The position numbers and the translations under genes are program-made. This document shows positions 58,248 to 64,000 of a stretch of DNA of 64,000 bases, in pieces. How positions within the stretch are numbered: the stretch's first letter is position 1; each line of letters starts with the position of its first letter. The notes under the pieces were generated by a model. It saw only the letters and a program-made list of their open reading frames with translations, had not been told where the DNA came from and did no database searches. The stretch covers positions 352,001 to 416,000 of the forward strand of contig CAVZVA010000003.1 in the NCBI GenBank assembly GCA_963778655.1, given 5' to 3'. The DNA comes from an uncultured delta proteobacterium (GTDB taxonomy: Bacteria > Myxococcota_A > Polyangia > Polyangiales > JAFGIB01).

Positions 58248-58429
58248 GCTGCGCCCGTTTGCGCCCCTGCAAACGCTCGCGCCCGTAGTGCGTCGCTCGC
58301 GAGAACGCAGCTGAAAGCACGCCTGGCTCGCCCGCGTCCGTGGAGCGCCCGGCGGCGTCCAGGAGAAGGCGCGCCTTCGGCCGACGCGCCGACGGCCCGG
58401 GAGTCTGCGTGCTCGGTAAGCCTCCGGCC

Positions 58430-58624
58430 TCAGTGCTCTGCATCTCCCTCTTCGATCTTCCTGATGACCGTTGCGATGGTGGCTGCGTCGAGGCGCGCTC
58501 TCCTCATCAAGCTCGCGACACGCCGCACGTCGTCGGAGTCGATGGCATCGAAGAACTCCTCGACTTTGCCGATCGCCGCCAATTGCTCGAGCACGAGCGT
58601 GCCCTCGAAGTCGGTTTCGTCCAT
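58430..58624 (-). CDS. Small acidic hypothetical protein (64 aa)
   Basis: GAGGTG RBS upstream, good GC3 bias. Confidence 0.65.
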   Translation of the reverse strand: MDETDFEGTLVLEQLAAIGKVEEFFDAIDSDDVRRVASLMRRARLDAATIATVIRKIEEGDAEH

Positions 58625-59268
58625 CCATCACCTCGCTCGGGCCGCTTCGCTCGGAGCACAGCGGCGGTGCCGGCTCAGGGAAGCGGCTCTCGCCCCCAGC
58701 CGACGTCCAGAAAGCCCGCAAACGCTTGACCGAACGCGTCCGGTAGCTCGTCGCGCACGAGCAACGCGTAGCTCGGCCCGCAACCCTCTCGAACGAAGAT
58801 CCACGGCGGCACGAAGTCTATATCCGGTGGCGCCGACGCGGTGGCCACGCGCAGCCCGCGCAACCTGGTCGCGTCCTCGCCCTCGAAGCGAGCGCCGCCG
58901 AGGTCGGTGACGCTCTGGGCGATCAGTCCCCCAATCCGGCCCATCGATCGAGACAGTGGCCAGGTTTCTACGACTTGGGCTTGCTTGAGCCAACTGGGAT
59001 CGTTGTCCTTGTAGACCGGCGCACGCGGGAACGCGAGCGCGCGCACCGGTCCCTGCAGCGGAGTGCCGGATGCGTTGTAAAAGAAGTGGTCGTCGTCCTC
59101 GGCGGTATGGTCCGCGTTGTGCCCCGCAGCGGCAGCGGCGATCCAAAGCAAGCGGCTCGAGACTGACGGCAGCAGAAACCGAGGCACTCCCTCGCCAATC
59201 CACCTCGGAAACAAGAGATGCGACGCCGTGGATGAAGGATAGCGGCTCGGCCCGCGAATACGTGCAGA

Positions 59269-61815
59269 ATGCACACAGGGAGCAAGCCGTGGCCGCGCAG
59301 GCGTCGCGCGCCATCCCTGGCTGCGGTGCTGCTGACGGCGTGTGCCGCGTGGCCTGGCGCCGCGCTCGTGCAAGCTGAGCCGGAGCTCAGCCCACCCGTG
59401 GCCGAGGGCGGCACCCCCGTGCCGTATCCGCAAGGCGCAAAGGGCGATGCGTCCGTATTGCTCGAGCTGGTCGTAGAAGCGGACGGCAGTGTGTCGAGCG
59501 CCGACGTGGTCGAGGGCGAGCCACCCTTCGCCGAGCAGGCACGCCGGGCGGCGCTCGGGTGGCGCTTCGTCCCGGCGCAGCGCGACCACACCGCGGTCGC
59601 GGCCCGCATTCGCGTGCGCATCGAGCTCCACCAACCACGGCCGACCGGTAGCGACGGCGCGCCCTCCACGGAGCCGGCTCTCGCTCCGGCTCCGGCGACG
59701 CAGCCGGGATCCACGCCCGCAGCGGGGCCGCCAGCCGCCCCCGCGCAACCCGCGGCGCTGGTGCCATCGGCGACCGTGCCACAAGGCGCGGTGGAGCCTG
59801 AGCCCACGTTCGGGGCGATCGCGCGCGAGCACCGGCGCGACCCGGGCCAGACCACGCTCTCGGCTGCCGACGTGCGCGAGCTGCCGGGCGCCTTCGGCGA
59901 TCCTTTCCGCGCGATCGAGCCGTTGCCGGGCGTGATGCCGGTCGTCAGCGGCTTGCCCTACTTCTACGTCCGCGGCGCGCCGCCCAACGACAACGCCTAC
60001 TTCGTCGACGGCGTTCGCGTCCCTTTGCTATTCCACATCGGTATCGGCGAGGGGGTGATCCACCCCAGCCTGATCGATCGCGTCGACTTCTACCCGAGCG
60101 TGGCCCCGGCCGCGTACGGCGGCAGCGCGGGCGCGGTGATCGCTGGACAAACGCGTGCGCCAGCAGCCGTGCCGCACGGCGAGCTGAGTCTGCGCCTGAT
60201 CGACGCCGGAGCGTTGCTCGAGTCGCCGTTCGGCGACAGCCGCGGCAGCGCCCTGGTCGCTGGACGCTACGGCTACCCCGGCCCTATCGTCGGCGCCATC
60301 ACCCCCAGCGTGCGGCTGGGCTACTGGGACTACCAGGCGCGCGCGACCTATCGCGTCGGTGGTCGGGATACACTCGGCATCTTCGCGTTCGGGAGCCACG
60401 ACTACCTCGGCACGGCGCAGACCAACAACGGTCGCACCGGGCCCGTCGTGGAGCAGCTCCGCGCCGACGTCCACCGCATCGACTTGCGCTACGACCGCGC
60501 GCTGACAGACGGCCGCCTGCGCATCGCGGGGACCTTGGGCTACGACGCGCAGGGCGGCGCCGGCGCGGGCGATCAGGCGGCCGTCACCACCGTCACCGAT
60601 CTGTCTGCGGCGCTGCGCTTGGAGCTCGACACGAAGCTGTCGCGTGCGCTGCGCTTGCGTAGCGGCGCCGACGCCCACCTCGACGACTACACCTTCGCGC
60701 AGGGCCAAGCTCCCACCGACCAGGGCGGGACGCCGCAACCGCAGGTCCCGGCGAGCGCGGATCCGCCCCCCGAGAACCTCAGCGCAGGAGCCTACACAGA
60801 CCTGATCTGGCACGTCACGCCGCGGGTGGAGGTGGTGCCGGGCGCGCGCGTCGACGTGTTCGCTTCCACGCGAGCCAACGGCCCCGGCGGAAGCCTGAGG
60901 ACCACGACGGTCCCAGCCTTCGATCCGCGGCTCTCGACGCGCGTGACCGTCACGCCCGCGCTGGCCTGGCTCACGAGCGTCGGGCTTGCGCATCAATACC
61001 CGGCGCTGCGCGTCGGCGCGATCCCCGGGATGCTGGTGTCGGTCCCCGGGTTCCCGCGCGGCGACACGCAGCTGCAGACCGGGGTACAGGCTGCGTCCGG
61101 GCCGGAGCTGGCGCTGCCAGCCGGCTTCACGCTCACCACCACCGGGTTCTTTTCGGCATGGCGCGGCCTCACCGATCTGACCGGAAGCTGCTTGCAGATC
61201 ATGCCGCCGACCACCCCCGCCGCTGGCAGCGACTCGCCGCGGGCGCCTGCGCCCTACGTGTGCCCGGCCGATCAGCCCATCCATGGGCTCGCCTATGGCG
61301 TCGAGCTGCTGCTGCGCAGGTCGCTCTCGAGGCGCCTCAGCGGCTGGTTGTCGTACACGCTGTCGCGCTCTACGCGCCGAGAGCATTTCGTCACGCTCTC
61401 GGGCGGTGACGCTACCGCCACGGTCGCGAGTGACTACGATCGCACCCACGTGCTCAGCGCGATCCTCGCCTACGACCTCGGGCGGGGATGGCGCGCCAGC
61501 GCGAGGTTCGTATTCTTGAGCGGCAATCCCTACTCGGAGCTCGCCGGGAACGTGCCGGTCCCCCCCTACAACGCCCACCGCGACCCGCCCTTCTTCCGGC
61601 TCGACGTGAGGCTCGAGAAACGCTGGGCGCTGGGAGGCGACGGCTACATCGCCCTGATCGTCGAGGGTCAGAACGTGACGCTGAGCAAGCAAGTGACCCC
61701 GTTCGGGATGAGCTGCATGGGGACACAAGGCCCCCAGGGCGGAACGACCCAGTGCCGGCATCCCTCGGTCGGCCCGATCACGATCCCGAGCATCGGGGCC
61801 GAGGCGTCTTTCTGA
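59269..61815 (+). CDS. TonB-dependent receptor with N-terminal TonB_C domain
   Basis: YP..A..V.LELVV..DG.V..W.F.PA; PGAFGDPFRAI..LPGV plug; C-terminal Phe. Confidence 0.9.
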   Translation: MHTGSKPWPRRRRAPSLAAVLLTACAAWPGAALVQAEPELSPPVAEGGTPVPYPQGAKGDASVLLELVVEADGSVSSADVVEGEPPFAEQARRAALGWRFVPAQRDHTAVAARIRVRIELHQPRPTGSDGAPSTEPALAPAPATQPGSTPAAGPPAAPAQPAALVPSATVPQGAVEPEPTFGAIAREHRRDPGQTTLSAADVRELPGAFGDPFRAIEPLPGVMPVVSGLPYFYVRGAPPNDNAYFVDGVRVPLLFHIGIGEGVIHPSLIDRVDFYPSVAPAAYGGSAGAVIAGQTRAPAAVPHGELSLRLIDAGALLESPFGDSRGSALVAGRYGYPGPIVGAITPSVRLGYWDYQARATYRVGGRDTLGIFAFGSHDYLGTAQTNNGRTGPVVEQLRADVHRIDLRYDRALTDGRLRIAGTLGYDAQGGAGAGDQAAVTTVTDLSAALRLELDTKLSRALRLRSGADAHLDDYTFAQGQAPTDQGGTPQPQVPASADPPPENLSAGAYTDLIWHVTPRVEVVPGARVDVFASTRANGPGGSLRTTTVPAFDPRLSTRVTVTPALAWLTSVGLAHQYPALRVGAIPGMLVSVPGFPRGDTQLQTGVQAASGPELALPAGFTLTTTGFFSAWRGLTDLTGSCLQIMPPTTPAAGSDSPRAPAPYVCPADQPIHGLAYGVELLLRRSLSRRLSGWLSYTLSRSTRREHFVTLSGGDATATVASDYDRTHVLSAILAYDLGRGWRASARFVFLSGNPYSELAGNVPVPPYNAHRDPPFFRLDVRLEKRWALGGDGYIALIVEGQNVTLSKQVTPFGMSCMGTQGPQGGTTQCRHPSVGPITIPSIGAEASF

Positions 61816-61869
61816 GCGCCGCGATGAAGGAATTGGCCTCGCCGAGCGAATGAAGATGACCGCCTTGCC

Positions 61870-62895
61870 ATGACGCACTGGTCCACGCTCGAGCGTCCGC
61901 TCCTCGCAGCCAGCCTCCTGCTGTGCGGGCTGCGACCGGCGCTCGCCGAGCGGCCTTCCTGCTCCCCGCTGGTGATCGAGGCCGACTCCGCGGTGAGCAC
62001 CCGCTGGCCCTAGCTGCTGGGCCAGGTCCGAGCCGCGCTCGACGCGCGCGACGAGATCGATCGCTGCGCCCGCGTCCGCCTGACCTCGCGCGACCCCGTC
62101 CTCAGCGTAGAGGTAGCCCTGCCGGACGGCCGGTCCGCCGTGCGTTCGGTGTCACGCGCCGAGGACGTCGTGCCCACACTCGAGTCGCTGCTGCTTTTGC
62201 CCCGAGACCCGAAGGCGCGGCCCGACGCCGCCGCAGCGGCCTCGCCTCCGCAGCGCCTGCCCGCGGCGAGCACACCCAAGGCGACCGGCGCGCGCGCCAC
62301 TGCACGCGTGGACCGAGGCGCGGCGGAGCGAGCGGGTGCAGATCCGCGATCCCCTGCGGAACCACCAAGCCGTCTCGGAATCGAGCTCTCCGTGCTCGGC
62401 GGCGCGCGGATTGGAGACGGCCAGCGGGGCTTCGGCCTCGGCGCGCTCTCGCTGCTCGACCTGGGCGACTGGCTCGTCGGGTTCGAAGGGCGCACCGATC
62501 GCTACGAATCGATCGCGGGCGGCATGCAAGCAGCAGCGCTCGAGCTCGCCGCGCTCGCAGGACGACGCTTCCCCTTTCGCTGGCTGTCCCTGGACCTCGT
62601 CGCCGGGCCCGCGCTAGCGCTGGGCGGAGAATCGAGAGTCAGCATCGCCGAGGGCAGCCCGCCGAACAACGCGGCCTCGATGCAGACCACGACAACGCGC
62701 AGGGTACCGCGGCTGCTGCTCGGCGCACGCCTGAGCCTGGGCGCGGGCTCCGTCCTGCGCAGCTTCGTCGGCATCGACGGAGAGCTCGGCCCGCGGCGCG
62801 AGCTCGCTCCCGCCGCCAATCCGCCCGAGGCCGGCGCTCGATTGCCGGCGTGGAGCGTGGGGCTCGCCCTGGGCGCCACCATGGGGACCCGATGA
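61870..62895 (+). pseudogene. Exported protein interrupted by an in-frame TAG
   Basis: ATG 61870 plus signal peptide runs in frame through TAG 62011-62013 into ORF 62140..62895. Confidence 0.72.
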
Positions 62896-63473
62896 GCGCA
62901 CGGCGCACAGCCGCCGGGCGTGGGCCGCGGGACGTCCCGCGCGTGTCCGACACCGAGCTCATGCGGCGACTGGCAGCGGGCGAGATCGGCGCCTTGGGCG
63001 AGCTCTACGACCGCTACCACGAGCCGCTCCGACGCTTCGTCGCGCGCGCGACCGCCGATGCCGAAGACGTGGACGACCTGGTGCACTCGACCTTCCTGGA
63101 GGCGGCCAAGAGCGCCGCGCGCTACGACGGGCGCGCGCTGTGCCGGCCGTGGCTGATCGGAATCGCGGCCCAGCTGCTGCGGCGCCGCCACCGGGCGCTA
63201 GGCCGCTTGCTCGCGGTGCTATCCGCGCTGAGCAGCCGCCGCAGCGCGACCCAGGATCCGCAGCCCGCGCTGCAAGCCCGCGGCGACATCGAGCGCGCTC
63301 TGGGCGCGATCAGCGAGGCCAAGCGAGTCGCCTTCCTGATGGCCGAGCTCGAAGGGCTGAGTTGTCCCGAAATCGCCGCGGCGCTGGGGGTGCCTGTCGG
63401 CACGGTCTGGACACGGTTGCACGCGGCTCGTCGCGAGCTGCGGCGCGCGCTCGAGCAGGAGGGCGCGGCATGA
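62892..63473 (+). CDS. ECF sigma factor
   Basis: ELYDRY, DVDDLVHSTF, WLIGIA, EIAAALGVPVGTVWTRLHAAR. Confidence 0.93.
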   Translation: MSARRTAAGRGPRDVPRVSDTELMRRLAAGEIGALGELYDRYHEPLRRFVARATADAEDVDDLVHSTFLEAAKSAARYDGRALCRPWLIGIAAQLLRRRHRALGRLLAVLSALSSRRSATQDPQPALQARGDIERALGAISEAKRVAFLMAELEGLSCPEIAAALGVPVGTVWTRLHAARRELRRALEQEGAA

Positions 63474-64000
63474 CGGCCGCGTCGTGTCCCAGGCTGTTCG
63501 AGGTCGAAGCGATGCGCGACGGCCGTCTCACGGGCGCGGAGCGTGCTCGCTTCGAGCTGCACATGCGTGTGTGCGCCGCATGCGCGCGCGAGGCCGCCGC
63601 GCTGCAGGCCTTGGCGGAGGCCGTGCGCGCCGGCGTCGCGGGCGGCGCGCATGCCGACGCGCTTCACGTGCGGAGGCAGCGCACGCGCCTGCTCGCGGCC
63701 TTTGATCGCGCGCTGCTCGCGCCCGAGCGCCGACCGACTCGCAGTCGCCGCCTGCTGGTGGCGGCGGCGGGGGCCGGGGCGCTCCTCTGCGGCCTGCTTT
63801 GGCTCGTTAGCGCGCGCAGCGCAGCGCCGGCGGCGCCGGTGCCAACCCTGGTCGTGCGCGCCCGCGGTGCCGCGCGGTGGTCGCGGCGCTTGCAGGGCGA
63901 ACGAGAGCTGATCACGCTGGAGCACGGCACGCTCTTCGTGCACGTCGATCACCGCGGCGGCTCGACACAACGACGCCTGCTGGTGGCTCTGCCGGACGGC
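63470..64000 (+). CDS. Zinc-finger (HxxxCxxC) anti-sigma factor, FecR-like; partial
   Basis: ATGA overlap; HMRVCAAC; TM helix then ITLEHGTL; runs off window end. Confidence 0.85.
   Translation, partial: MTAASCPRLFEVEAMRDGRLTGAERARFELHMRVCAACAREAAALQALAEAVRAGVAGGAHADALHVRRQRTRLLAAFDRALLAPERRPTRSRRLLVAAAGAGALLCGLLWLVSARSAAPAAPVPTLVVRARGAARWSRRLQGERELITLEHGTLFVHVDHRGGSTQRRLLVALPDG

Noticed and set aside
58675..59200. Possible minus-strand gene or fragment
   Set aside because: Some protein-like sequence but no clear start or recognisable motif

Overview
High-GC, myxobacterial-looking DNA (many Cys-rich lipoproteins, TonB_C-fused receptor; taxonomy inferred). The left 17.7 kb is an integrative mobilizable element (IME) inserted in the 3' end of a tRNA-Lys(CTT) gene. 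A 45-bp att direct repeat (260-304 / 17692-17736) and paired inverted 11-bp arm-like sites bound it. It carries an intact tyrosine integrase, an Xis-like protein, an apparently catalytically dead recombinase paralog, and a complete IncQ-2/pTF-FC2-type mobABCDE module with a recognisable oriT. Its defence-like cargo is a SIR2-STAND-TPR protein with an extra N-terminal RRNWW domain, a standalone GIY-YIG nuclease, a ParE-type toxin-antitoxin pair and a 9x47-aa TPR protein, plus several recombination scars. The remaining 46 kb is mostly chromosomal backbone. It holds secreted hydrolases and lipoproteins, a FadL-like porin, two c-type cytochrome fusions, a P450, a strongly divergent MetRS, pntAB, a TonB receptor-ECF sigma-anti-sigma operon and several small palindromic repeat families. 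All family calls come from motif recognition by eye, not database searches.
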